Source: Fidelibacterota bacterium (GTDB lineage Bacteria > Fidelibacterota > Fidelibacteria > Fidelibacterales > DSDE01). From it: a stretch of 64,000 nt of DNA. Position numbers and translations under genes: made by a program. This document shows positions 29,484 through 39,479 of this stretch, in pieces. How positions within the stretch are numbered: position 1 is the stretch's first letter; every line of letters starts with the position of its first letter. The notes under the pieces were generated by a model. That model was not told where the DNA came from and did no database searches. It was given only the letters and a program-made list of their open reading frames with translations. The DNA lies in contig JBJKQR010000012.1 in NCBI GenBank assembly GCA_046735395.1, positions 128,001-192,000 on the forward strand. Direction: 5' to 3'.

Positions 29484-32450
29484 ATGAAGTTACGAAAAAT
29501 TGGGTTGGCTTTTGGTGTTGCTCTGGCTCTGTGGAGCTGCGTCGACATTGTGAAACCAACCATGTTCAAATGGATGGTTTCCATGGATTTCCCCATAACC
29601 TCCAAGACAATTGTGATGAAAGATTATCTGAAGGATCCCAAGATTCAGGAAAAAACCGTAAATGTGAACGGAACCGTTGTAGATAACGGCTTTGTCTTCA
29701 GCGATACCGTTGACATTCCCGAACAATCCGTCGGGGATCAGTTCAGTGTCAATGATATGACACCCCAGCATTTTGTACAGAATGTTGAGGACGTGCAGTT
29801 CGACGGAATGAGCCGGCACTTTTCCAATGGCTTTGATACGGTGGGCGTGGCGCCTGTATCCGAATCTGTCAGTTCTATACTCGGACCGGTCACTATGAAT
29901 GATACCGAACCTGATTCCACCGCTCCCATTGCCTTTACGGATCTGGTCAATGTATCGGCCATTCCTGACGGGAATCCGCTTGCAATCGCTCAGGGGAAGC
30001 CAATTCCCGTGATTTACAGAAATGTGAGTTTTTCGGAATTTACCAGCGCTACCTTCATTACGGGCCAGCTGCGGCTGAATATCATCAATGATCTGGTCAT
30101 TGAGCTGGGTTCTCCCATCACCGTTTCGCTGCTGAATACCGATTCGACGATTATCAGCGGCGGGCTCGGCGGTGACGCCATTGCCCAGTGGACGGCGGGG
30201 ATCAATCCGGGAAATCAGGCTCAGGAGGATATCAGCCTGGGCGGAAAGACCATCCCGGATTCAATTATCGTGAAGATTGAAGGTGTGGTCTGCGGAACTG
30301 CAGCCCGGAATGACATCACCAATACGGCGGCAACCCGCGCATCATCCTTTATGGTGACCATACAGGCCATCAATCTGGAAGTCAGTTCTGCCATGGCTGA
30401 GATTCCGGAACAGGTGATCGATACAACGGACGTGATTCAGCTCGAACCCTCAAATAATTTAGTCGAACGGTCCCGCATCCAGGACGGAACCCTAAGCATA
30501 TCGGTTCAGAATAACGTGGCCATCGATGCAGACCTGGTTCTGAGCATTCCCTCCATCGATACCACCGACACCGAAATTGGTCCGGTTGACACGCTGAGGG
30601 TTTCCGTACCACTTCCGGCCAATCAATTGACAGCCTACACAAAATCCCTGTCTGGATATTATCTCACCATGGATCAGGCAAATCAGGCCGTGAAGTATTC
30701 CTATCGCATCAAGACACGGGATACGGGGACAAACAAGGTTCTTGTTTCGGAAAATGACGGCGTTAATGTGGATATCCATCTCTACGGAGCCGCATCGGGG
30801 CAGGATATGACCTTTTCCACCTATCGGGGCACGGTAGACCAGGCTCCGCTGGAGGATTCGGGAGAGATCAGGATCACCTCGGACAGCGACATTACATCAG
30901 CCGTCATGGGTGGCGGCAGCCTGACCATTGTCATCACGAATAATATCAATACGACTGCAGTCGGCGCACCCGATTTCGTGATCAGCCTTCCGCAGTTTCT
31001 GGATCAGAATGAAACGGCGATTGTGAAGACGACCACGCTGCTTCCCGGGGCAAATACGATCAGTGTTCCGCTTGCCGGATACACTCTCGTACCTCAGAGA
31101 GCTGATATCGGCCTTCCGACGGAAAGACAGTTTATTACCTATGGAACTCAGGTCACGCTGCCTGCGGGTATTTCGGGATCCTATAATTTACTCGACAGCA
31201 TGCTTGTGGATGTGGACATCAGCGGTGTCACCTTCACGTCAGTGACCGGGTACTTCAACCAGAATGCCATGGTGGATTCAAACAGTATTCAGCTGGATAC
31301 GGATATCATGGTCAATGCGGCTGTCATCCAGTCCGGTGAAATGGTTGTGACCGTTCAGAATAACGTCGGTATTGTGGCTGACGTGGATTTCACGGTGGAC
31401 GAGCTCTTTACGCCTCTGGGTGAAAAAATGACTGAAAAAATTCATTTGACGGATACAACCGTGCCGGTTGAGAAAATCATTCCGCTTGTGAATTATACAC
31501 TGGACCTGCCGGCAGCAGCACCCGGCACTCCGCAGAATCTGGACTATGTATCATCCATCAGCCTGCCCTCCGATCAGCAGATGACCCTGAATTTCGGTCA
31601 GGATATCAATGTGACCGTGGAGATGCGGAATCTCAGTTTCCGCTCGGTGATCGGCAATGTTGACTCAATCGAGGTTAATATTGATCCGGTTGAGCAGACC
31701 ATTGACGCACTTCCGGAGGAGATGAAGGGTGTGAAATTCAGCCAGGTCGACATGACACTTCAGCTGAATACAGACATCAGTATTCCTCTCTATCTGGATC
31801 TGGATGTGAAGGCCGGCAATGCGGACGGAGATTCGGCGAGTATTCATGTGAATGACCGCATTCTACCGGGACAGCCGCTGTCCATACCGGGGGCCGAGAC
31901 GCTGATCAATATTTTCCCGAATGTGATTCTCGCGAAGGGGCATGTTATTGCTGACGGAAGCGGACAGATCAAATCCACCGATGTGGTGAGCGGTACGATG
32001 AATATCGCCATTCCGCTGGTATTCAATCTGAGTGATCCCGTATCTCTGGATCTGGCTCCTGAACTGAATAATCCGCAGGATATACCGGAGGAGCTGGAGA
32101 ATGCACTCATTCATGCAAAAATCAATTCCGGCTTCGATTTCGATGTGTCGGTTGATGTTCTCGCCGCGAGGGATACAACGGATTTTGAGACGGGTACAGG
32201 TGTCGATACCATCGCCTCTCTCTATATTCCCGCGCTGGATACGACTACTCAGACTCTGGATTTGTCGGATTATGTCCTATCCCTTCTGAAGGACAGTGTG
32301 TATATCAAGAATAATATTACCCTGATGGGAAACGGGCCGAATTCCCGGATTCTGGCCACCGATTCTCTCAGTCTGCGACTGTATGGAACGGTGGATGCAC
32401 TGGTCGACGTGAATAAGGATACAACGAGCACGGGAGGAGCACAGAAATGA
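29484..32450 (+). CDS. Large acidic, beta-rich repeat lipoprotein of unknown function
   Basis: SD GGAG before ATG 29484; lipobox LWSC; internal repeats of G.L.I.V.NN...ADL/VDF. Confidence 0.8.
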   Translation: MKLRKIGLAFGVALALWSCVDIVKPTMFKWMVSMDFPITSKTIVMKDYLKDPKIQEKTVNVNGTVVDNGFVFSDTVDIPEQSVGDQFSVNDMTPQHFVQNVEDVQFDGMSRHFSNGFDTVGVAPVSESVSSILGPVTMNDTEPDSTAPIAFTDLVNVSAIPDGNPLAIAQGKPIPVIYRNVSFSEFTSATFITGQLRLNIINDLVIELGSPITVSLLNTDSTIISGGLGGDAIAQWTAGINPGNQAQEDISLGGKTIPDSIIVKIEGVVCGTAARNDITNTAATRASSFMVTIQAINLEVSSAMAEIPEQVIDTTDVIQLEPSNNLVERSRIQDGTLSISVQNNVAIDADLVLSIPSIDTTDTEIGPVDTLRVSVPLPANQLTAYTKSLSGYYLTMDQANQAVKYSYRIKTRDTGTNKVLVSENDGVNVDIHLYGAASGQDMTFSTYRGTVDQAPLEDSGEIRITSDSDITSAVMGGGSLTIVITNNINTTAVGAPDFVISLPQFLDQNETAIVKTTTLLPGANTISVPLAGYTLVPQRADIGLPTERQFITYGTQVTLPAGISGSYNLLDSMLVDVDISGVTFTSVTGYFNQNAMVDSNSIQLDTDIMVNAAVIQSGEMVVTVQNNVGIVADVDFTVDELFTPLGEKMTEKIHLTDTTVPVEKIIPLVNYTLDLPAAAPGTPQNLDYVSSISLPSDQQMTLNFGQDINVTVEMRNLSFRSVIGNVDSIEVNIDPVEQTIDALPEEMKGVKFSQVDMTLQLNTDISIPLYLDLDVKAGNADGDSASIHVNDRILPGQPLSIPGAETLINIFPNVILAKGHVIADGSGQIKSTDVVSGTMNIAIPLVFNLSDPVSLDLAPELNNPQDIPEELENALIHAKINSGFDFDVSVDVLAARDTTDFETGTGVDTIASLYIPALDTTTQTLDLSDYVLSLLKDSVYIKNNITLMGNGPNSRILATDSLSLRLYGTVDALVDVNKDTTSTGGAQK

Positions 32451-34087
32451 AACGATTTAATCTATACGTCTTTGCCCTGACGGCTGCTCTTTTCATGTCC
32501 GTTCCTGTCTTTGCGCAGGATGCACAGAATGACGAAGGATCAAATATAGAAGAAGTGCGGACCCGGTCCGAACAGGCTTTCAACGAACTGGATGCCCAGT
32601 TTATTGATGATCTGGGTGACAGCACTGCCGTCTATGACCTGACCACGGCGCCCGAACCGGTTGATACGGTGAAGGAGGAGGAAAGCGCCCCCGTTGAATT
32701 TAATTTTTCGACGGAGACGGATACGACCTACAGTTACAGCACCAGCCCCGATTTCACTACTATCACGACGGCGCCCATTGATTACGGTCATAACCAGAAA
32801 ATTGGTGACGAGACCGACCGGGCCTATATCATCTTCAGCCGCATATACCGGCGGCCAACCTACGCGATCAGCAATCCGGCGAATATCGGAGTGAAGAGCC
32901 AGACTCTCTTCGCGCTGTCACTGCCCGGACTGCCCTTTCCGAATATTGGCCTCTCGCTACAGAATAATTCCTTTAACCTGAGCACGCTCAATACCTACTT
33001 CAATGACGGGCGGCTTCTGACTCCGGAAGAACTCAGTAATTTCGTCAATCTCTTTTATGATGACGGACTGACACTGAATGGAAATCTGTCACTGCCGACC
33101 CTTCTGGGTTTCCGTTTTCCGGTGGGCTACGGATCCATGTTCATCAATACCGGACTCAAGGTGGAAACAGACGGAACCCTGCCCGGTGAAGTTCTGGCCA
33201 TTCCCTTTAAGGGGATTCATTTTGATGAACCCGTGTATACGGAAAATCTGAAAATGGTGGTAGGAACCTACCTGAAAACCAATATGGGCTACGGAACGGA
33301 TATTCGTCTGGCCGGGATTGGGGACCTTCGCGTCGGTGCCGGGGTGAATCTCTACACCGGATCTTTCGCCACCATCGATACCAAGCATCTTCAGATCCTG
33401 TCCACACCCGATTCGGTCACAGTCAGCGGCAGTGCATATGCGTCCTATCTGGATGTGGAAAATCCCAATTTTGATCCGGCATCCGTCGCCAGTGTTCAGC
33501 CCGGATACGACATCGGAGTGGGGCTCCACCTGCGTCTGGGTGAACTGCTTCCCTGGTCCGAGCTGCGCTATAATGACCTGGACATCCAGGTGGGCGTTCA
33601 GGATATCGGTGCTACGCTTTCATCTGGAGAGATGGTTAAAAAACACTATTCCATGGCCGGGAGTGTCGCCGATCTTCAGGTCTTGCAGACCTCGGATAAT
33701 CTCGATTCACTGCTCAATATGCAGGAAATCGTGCTGGATTCCGGATTCGTGGACAAGTATAATATTTCCACGAAGATGAACCTGACCGCAACCTACCAGC
33801 CCCTGAGTTTTCTGCTGCTGGAAGCCGGGATGACCACTTTTCTGACCAACGGCCTGGGTTATGACGATGCCCCGCACTGGAAGCTCAATGCCTGGCTGTT
33901 TCCCGCGAAATGGTTCAATGTGACCGTCGGCGTGCAGCAGGGCTATGCCCGTCAGATGACCTATAATTCCGGATTCGCACTGATCGGAAAGCATTATGAA
34001 TTCGGGCTGGATACCTATCTGATCGGCGGGATGGGGGATCAGGTGAGCGGACTCGGAGTCCGCATCACAAATAATCTCTACTTCTAA
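32447..34087 (+). CDS. Outer-membrane beta-barrel, DUF5723-like
   Basis: Signal peptide; NPANIG motif; DIG motifs; amphipathic strands; C-terminal Phe. Confidence 0.6.
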   Translation: MKRFNLYVFALTAALFMSVPVFAQDAQNDEGSNIEEVRTRSEQAFNELDAQFIDDLGDSTAVYDLTTAPEPVDTVKEEESAPVEFNFSTETDTTYSYSTSPDFTTITTAPIDYGHNQKIGDETDRAYIIFSRIYRRPTYAISNPANIGVKSQTLFALSLPGLPFPNIGLSLQNNSFNLSTLNTYFNDGRLLTPEELSNFVNLFYDDGLTLNGNLSLPTLLGFRFPVGYGSMFINTGLKVETDGTLPGEVLAIPFKGIHFDEPVYTENLKMVVGTYLKTNMGYGTDIRLAGIGDLRVGAGVNLYTGSFATIDTKHLQILSTPDSVTVSGSAYASYLDVENPNFDPASVASVQPGYDIGVGLHLRLGELLPWSELRYNDLDIQVGVQDIGATLSSGEMVKKHYSMAGSVADLQVLQTSDNLDSLLNMQEIVLDSGFVDKYNISTKMNLTATYQPLSFLLLEAGMTTFLTNGLGYDDAPHWKLNAWLFPAKWFNVTVGVQQGYARQMTYNSGFALIGKHYEFGLDTYLIGGMGDQVSGLGVRITNNLYF

Positions 34088-34111
34088 ATCCGAATTATTA
34101 TTAATCCCTTT

Positions 34112-34140
34112 AAAACCGGTCTTCGGGCCGGTTTTTTTTT
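34112..34140 (+). terminator. Intrinsic terminator
   Basis: AAAACCGGTC-TTCG-GGCCGGTTTTTTTTT. Confidence 0.88.
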
Positions 34141-34235
34141 ATTCTTCACATTTTATCGGGACATATGGGGAGGACGCAGACTCCGGCTATTTTCACGGAA
34201 AAGCGCTTTATCTTTCATGATTTGGACACTAAATT

Positions 34236-35834
34236 GTGCCGATGCAGTGGATGAAAATTTTCAGACGGCCGGTCGATGCGGCGCTGTGCTCCTATGTGGA
34301 AATGCACAGCTGCCCGCCTTTTTTTCCGTCCCGTTATTTTCGCCGGGAGCCGGAGGTGGTGGCAGACGCGCCCTGGCGGGTTGTCCGCGGCCGGGATATT
34401 CCCGTCGCCATCATGATCAGGGATGCGCACCTCTATCCCGCCGAACTTGTTTCACTGCAGATTGTGGACGGCGAAGGCCGTTGCCTGGCCCGCAGAGAAT
34501 ATAATCAGATTCTGAAAGAGCCTTTTTTCCATGAATTAATTACGCTGCCGGTGACGGAACATTTTCCGGATCATCCGCTGCAGATTCTGCTGAATGTTGA
34601 CATTGAGCTCCGGGTCGGGAAAAAACAGATCCGGGTCCGTAATCATAATCTGAAAACCCTCAGTCACGATGCTCTGGACATCCGCATCGCGGAGGCGCCT
34701 CTGCCGGGGCCTGAAAACCTGCTGTACGGCGATATTCACTGTCACAGCGAATTTACCTGGGATGAGATCGAATATGGAGCGCCCATTCCGGTGCTGGCCG
34801 CCTTTGCGGCCGCCATGGGTCTGCACTGGCAGCCGGTGACGGATCACAGCTATGACCTGGACCGGGACCTGTATTCACTGCAGCGCGCAGCCGACGGCTT
34901 CCCGCGCTGGGAGGAGCTGGGCCGTCAGGTCCGGGCCCATTCGTCCCCCGAGCTGCTCATGATCCGTGGTGAGGAACTCTCCTGCGGAAACCGCCGCAGG
35001 CAGAATGTCCATATGCTGATTCTGGGGCATGATGAATGCATTCGAGGCCGGGGAGACGCAGGTGATCTGCTGCTTCGAAATAAGGCCGATCAGCAGGCTG
35101 ATGACGTTGCCCGGCGGGTAGCGCCGGCCCGTCCCTGTATCGCGGCCCATCCCTATGAAAATATTCCCCGGGCTGAACGATGGCTGCTGAACCGGGGGCA
35201 ATGGGATGAGGATCCGGATCCGGCTATCCGCGGACTGCAGATTCTGAATGGCCGTCTGGACGAATCCTGGGACAGGGGACGGAAAATCTGGATACAGCGC
35301 CTGCTGAGAGGTGAAAAGCGATTTATTTACGCCGGCAACGATGCCCACGGAAATTTCAACCGTTACCAGCAGATCCACATACCTCTCTGGTCCCTGACTC
35401 AGGACCGGGAAAAACGGTTCGGACGCTTCATGACCGCCGTCTGGGTATCGGAGCCGAAGGAAGCGGCACTATTGGACGCGCTCAGCGCTGGAAACTGTTT
35501 TATCGGCAGCGGGCCAATGCTCATTCTGGGCAGCGGCAATGTGGAGGCTTTTCAGAGCCGGATGGGAGAGACGCTGACGGGCGAGTCCCTGTCCGTATTT
35601 TTTGAAAGCAGCTGTGCGGAAGACCGGGAGGGAGTGATCCGCATCTGGGCCGGAACCGGGGAAGGGCTCCGGGAACGCCATTTGCTGGCCTTTCATCCGG
35701 ATACATCCTTAAACCGGACAGAGATCAGCTCTCATCTGCTAGGGGATGAACTCTATGTGAGGGCAGAGTTCCGGTCCGCCGCGAATGTGGCCCTGACCAA
35801 TCCGGTATGGTTTGACAGGGTTGATTTGCCATAA
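34236..35834 (+). CDS. PHP-domain metallohydrolase (CehA/McbA-like); start may be ATG 34242
   Basis: GDIHCHS, VTDH, GEE, AAHP, AGNDAHG, C-terminal TNPVW. Confidence 0.75.
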   Translation: MPMQWMKIFRRPVDAALCSYVEMHSCPPFFPSRYFRREPEVVADAPWRVVRGRDIPVAIMIRDAHLYPAELVSLQIVDGEGRCLARREYNQILKEPFFHELITLPVTEHFPDHPLQILLNVDIELRVGKKQIRVRNHNLKTLSHDALDIRIAEAPLPGPENLLYGDIHCHSEFTWDEIEYGAPIPVLAAFAAAMGLHWQPVTDHSYDLDRDLYSLQRAADGFPRWEELGRQVRAHSSPELLMIRGEELSCGNRRRQNVHMLILGHDECIRGRGDAGDLLLRNKADQQADDVARRVAPARPCIAAHPYENIPRAERWLLNRGQWDEDPDPAIRGLQILNGRLDESWDRGRKIWIQRLLRGEKRFIYAGNDAHGNFNRYQQIHIPLWSLTQDREKRFGRFMTAVWVSEPKEAALLDALSAGNCFIGSGPMLILGSGNVEAFQSRMGETLTGESLSVFFESSCAEDREGVIRIWAGTGEGLRERHLLAFHPDTSLNRTEISSHLLGDELYVRAEFRSAANVALTNPVWFDRVDLP

Positions 35835-36371
35835 TTAAGACTGTTTATCGGCTATCTGTTTTTTCAGATAAAGGCGGCTGTTTTCCAGCAGCTGCAGGAC
35901 TTCGGGCTGCAGATAATCCGCATAGGTCCAGGGCAGGGGCTGAAAGCGGCCCTGGTGAACGGTGAGGGTCAGTTCGGAATAGATTCCATCGGCGAGATAG
36001 ATGCGATGGGAAAAACCCTTGGTGCTGAGGAGACTGAAATTGAAGAGGCTGATAGCGCCCGGATCCACATTGATCCGACGTTTACCATTGACCGTATAGT
36101 CGGCCTCCAGCTTATTGCTTTCCTTTTTCAGAAGCTGGAAATTTTCCAGGCTGAGCCGGCGGCGGAAGCTCATATACCGCTTGTAGAGGGGTGAGCCCAT
36201 TTCCTTTTCGTAATAGGCGGTGTGGTCACTGAAGCGCAGGTAGTCGCTGACTTCCAGAATCTCCCCGTACCGGCCCCGGAGGAGCTCGATAATTTTATCG
36301 CCTATAGCCGTATCTGCCACAGTAAGGCCCTGAAACAGAAGAATGTCCGGAGCGCCGTGTTCCTTACCCAT
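35835..36371 (-). CDS. DUF4416 family protein
   Basis: YYEKEMG, RRINVDPG, STKGFSHRIYL..GIY, LPWTYADY. Confidence 0.85.
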   Translation of the reverse strand: MGKEHGAPDILLFQGLTVADTAIGDKIIELLRGRYGEILEVSDYLRFSDHTAYYEKEMGSPLYKRYMSFRRRLSLENFQLLKKESNKLEADYTVNGKRRINVDPGAISLFNFSLLSTKGFSHRIYLADGIYSELTLTVHQGRFQPLPWTYADYLQPEVLQLLENSRLYLKKQIADKQS

Positions 36372-37620
36372 TCAGTTTGCCTGCAATGTGACGCAGATGA
36401 TCGGCCACCTCCACTTCCTCGGGAATCCGGCCGTCTTTCATGACAAGGCGGCCCCGGGAAATGACGCTGCGGATGGCCCGGCCCCCGTCGCCGTAAATCA
36501 TGTCGGACAGGAGGGAGTGGCCGGGGAGCAGACTGAAATGATTCAGATCGACCAGCAGCAGATCCGCGTCCCGGCCGACGGCAATGCGTCCGCCCCCGGT
36601 TCCGAAAATCTGCGCGGCGCTGTCAGTCAGCAGAGAAAAACATTCCTCCGCAGGCAGGACGGTGGCGTCATTCTGCTGAAGTTTGGTCATCAGTGAGAGA
36701 TATTTCACATCATTGAGAATATTCAGGGCGTTATTGCTGGCGACACTGTCGGTTCCGATGCAGACCGGGATCTGCCGTTTCCGGTATTCGGAGTAGGGGA
36801 AGAGCCTGCCCACGACCAGCTTGGCATTGGATACGGGATTGGCCACGGCGGAGACCCGTTTCCGGGCCATGAGCTCCAGTTCGTCCTCATCCACCCAGAC
36901 GGCATGGGCCAGGGTGATATCGCTGTTCAGCAGGCCCAGATCGTTCAGGTAATGGAGCGGCCTGCGGCCGTGCTGACGGAGACAGTCCGTCACTTCACCC
37001 TCCGTTTCGCTGAGATGGATATGCAGGGGCAGATTATGCTTCTCCGCAAACCCGCTGATCCACTTCAGCTGGGATTCGGACACGGTATAAATGGCGTGGG
37101 GAGACACGGCAAACTGTATCCCCGCCGGATCGTCATGACTGGCTTCGAACTGTTTTTCAATATTCCGGCGGTCACGCTTTTCCTGATCCGGATTGCCGGC
37201 ATCCAGAGCGGGAACGGGCAGACGGGCGCTCATACCCGAATCGCGGACAGCCCGGACGACCACATCCCGATGCCAGTACATATCGGAAAAAAAGGTGATT
37301 CCGTAGCGGATCATCTCCTGACAGGCAAAGCGCGTGCTCCAGTAAATATCCTCCGGATCAAGCTTCGCTTCCGCCGGCCATATCTTCGTCTCCAGCCAGG
37401 GAATGAGCTCCATATCGTCGGCCATGCCCCGGAGCGCGGCCATGCCCGCGTGGCTGTGGCCATTGTAAAAGGAGGGAAGGACGGCCATTCCGGATGCATC
37501 TAAAACCTCTGTATCCGGGCCAGCTTCCGCCGGTCCGATTGCTTCGATGACGCCCGCTGCGATGCTGATATCCGTCAGGCTGCCGTCAAGCACTGCGTTT
37601 TTCACGATGAGTTTGTTCAT
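36364..37620 (-). CDS. Amidohydrolase, 5'-methylthioadenosine/S-adenosylhomocysteine deaminase-like
   Basis: NGHSH, PHAIYT, HIHLSET, AHAVW, NP.SNAKL, GTDSVASNN. Confidence 0.85.
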   Translation of the reverse strand: MNKLIVKNAVLDGSLTDISIAAGVIEAIGPAEAGPDTEVLDASGMAVLPSFYNGHSHAGMAALRGMADDMELIPWLETKIWPAEAKLDPEDIYWSTRFACQEMIRYGITFFSDMYWHRDVVVRAVRDSGMSARLPVPALDAGNPDQEKRDRRNIEKQFEASHDDPAGIQFAVSPHAIYTVSESQLKWISGFAEKHNLPLHIHLSETEGEVTDCLRQHGRRPLHYLNDLGLLNSDITLAHAVWVDEDELELMARKRVSAVANPVSNAKLVVGRLFPYSEYRKRQIPVCIGTDSVASNNALNILNDVKYLSLMTKLQQNDATVLPAEECFSLLTDSAAQIFGTGGGRIAVGRDADLLLVDLNHFSLLPGHSLLSDMIYGDGGRAIRSVISRGRLVMKDGRIPEEVEVADHLRHIAGKLNG

Positions 37621-37711
37621 AGGGAAAATTTATCATATTCCCCCGAGAACGGCTAAATATTTTAATGTTGAATGTTGAATATAACAGCCGTTTGCGGGTT
37701 GGATGGTTGAT

Positions 37712-38121
37712 GCGTTCATGCGGAAGAACGTTTCTCGCAGAGCTCGCAAAGGGCGCGAAGGAAGGTTAAGGTTGAGGATGAGGTTGAGGCTGAGGAAGAA
37801 ACGAGAATTTGCCCTGCTATAAAAAACGGTGCCCTCTTACCGCGTAACTCGATACTCGATACTCGTTACTGCTAATGCGTAGACGGGTAAATGAGTAGAT
37901 GAGTACATGCGGAAGAAACGAGAATTTGCCCTGCTATAAAAAACGGTGCCCTCTTACCGCGTAACTCGATACTCGATACTCGTTACTGCTAATGCGTAGA
38001 CGGGTAAATGAGTAGATGAGTAGATGAGTAGATGAGTAGATGAGGGAAGAAACGGAACCTGTAAAATTGTAAAGTAGTAAAGTGGTAGAGTTGGAAAGAA
38101 ACGAGAATTTGCTCTGCTGTG
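37712..38121 (+). repeat. Modular intergenic repeat cluster, including a tandem duplication with a 117-nt period (37794-37905 / 37911-38022)
   Basis: Core GAAGAAACGAGAATTTGCCCTGCT twice plus a variant near 38096; short tandem units GATGAGTA, TCGATAC, GAGGTT, GTAAAGTA. Confidence 0.9.
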
Positions 38122-38642
38122 GATTCGAAATCGGCCGAAACCGGCCCCTGAACCGCTTCCTGTTTCTTGAAAAAAAATTGGCTCTGCTTAAAAAAAAGTT
38201 TGCTATCCGGTCATAACATCGTATTTTTACTTCAGTTTATGAGTGATGACAGATAAGGAAACGGATCCGGAAATGATTCCGGTCCGGGAACGCGGAAGGA
38301 AGAAGTGGAGTACGGAAGCGTGAGACAGGAATGTGAAGGGGACGGAAAGCCGGTCCGGAGCGAATTTTGTATCGGGGCTATTCGATGCCCGGGCAGAGAG
38401 AAACAAAATGAGTTCAGTATTAGAGAAAATAAACACAATTGTGGTTAGCCCTCCAAATAAGAGGAATAACTGCAATGTGGTTTACACAAACGTTATGCGT
38501 TCATGCTGCAAGACCGATGAGACATAGATAAAATGATGAAAAAACAACGCACAAATAGCACATTTGCAAGCCCCGACACACAGGCAGATACTTCAGCTTG
38601 CAAAAGAGCCAAATTTTTGCCATCACACATATGAATTAGATT

Positions 38643-39473
38643 ATGATTAAAAACTGGTTAGAATATAATGAAGAGAATAAAGCAAAATATGTTTTTAAGC
38701 TCGTTCAGATAACGGAAAAAGATAAACCTGATGATGACTTAATTAATCTTTTAAAAGAGACTATTTTGACTTCATATAGAAGTTTAAAATTTTATGAATT
38801 CCATTTTGGTGATACTGCAACAGAAAAACAAATAAAGAACTATATACTAAACAATGTTTTACCAAAGGCAGAAAATCAATTTGATAAAAATGTTAGACAA
38901 GGTGATTGGGGAGAAATATTATCAGGACTAATTGTAACCTATTTTCAAGGTTTATCTATCCCGATTAATAAACTTCAGTGGAAATTTAATAAAGATAAAG
39001 CAGTTTTTGGTACAGATTTAATTGCTTTCAATAATGGTGAAAAAATTGAAGACATTTACTATTATGAAATCAAAACAAGATTAAGACCAGATATAAAAGA
39101 AGGGAAAAAAACCAATCGACATTATATTTCCATCTTAGCCCATAACAGTTTATTAATGGATGAATTAGCGCCGACAGAATCCATTGCAGATTTTCTTGAG
39201 AGATATTATGTAGATAAAGAAGATTTCTCGACTGCATCTAAATTTAAAGATATTGTAAAGAATCCTCAGGACTATAACCGAAAATTTGAACTTTTCTTGA
39301 TTATTGAAAAGAATAATTTTATAGAAGAAATTTTAACCGATTTAGAAAATTTACCCCCTCAACTTGACCCTCTTTCAGTTACAATAGTTTTTATCGATGA
39401 CTTGACTGATTTGGTTGATAAAACATGGGATGGAATTGAGACTGTGCTAATTGATAAGTTTGCCAAAAAGTAG
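38643..39473 (+). CDS. Hachiman HamA-like (DUF1837-type) PD-(D/E)xK nuclease
   Basis: RQGDWGEIL, KLQWK, FGTD, YEIKT; AT-rich; directly upstream of a Ski2-like helicase. Confidence 0.7.
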   Translation: MIKNWLEYNEENKAKYVFKLVQITEKDKPDDDLINLLKETILTSYRSLKFYEFHFGDTATEKQIKNYILNNVLPKAENQFDKNVRQGDWGEILSGLIVTYFQGLSIPINKLQWKFNKDKAVFGTDLIAFNNGEKIEDIYYYEIKTRLRPDIKEGKKTNRHYISILAHNSLLMDELAPTESIADFLERYYVDKEDFSTASKFKDIVKNPQDYNRKFELFLIIEKNNFIEEILTDLENLPPQLDPLSVTIVFIDDLTDLVDKTWDGIETVLIDKFAKK

Positions 39474-39479
39474 CGCCTA

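Noticed and set aside
37794..38121. CRISPR array
   Set aside because: The intervening sequences are long, duplicated or made of microsatellite units rather than unique spacers of uniform length, and no cas genes are in the window.
38227..38527. Short ORFs upstream of the defence island
   Set aside because: Low-complexity purine-rich DNA with no recognisable domains; more likely non-coding leader or promoter sequence.
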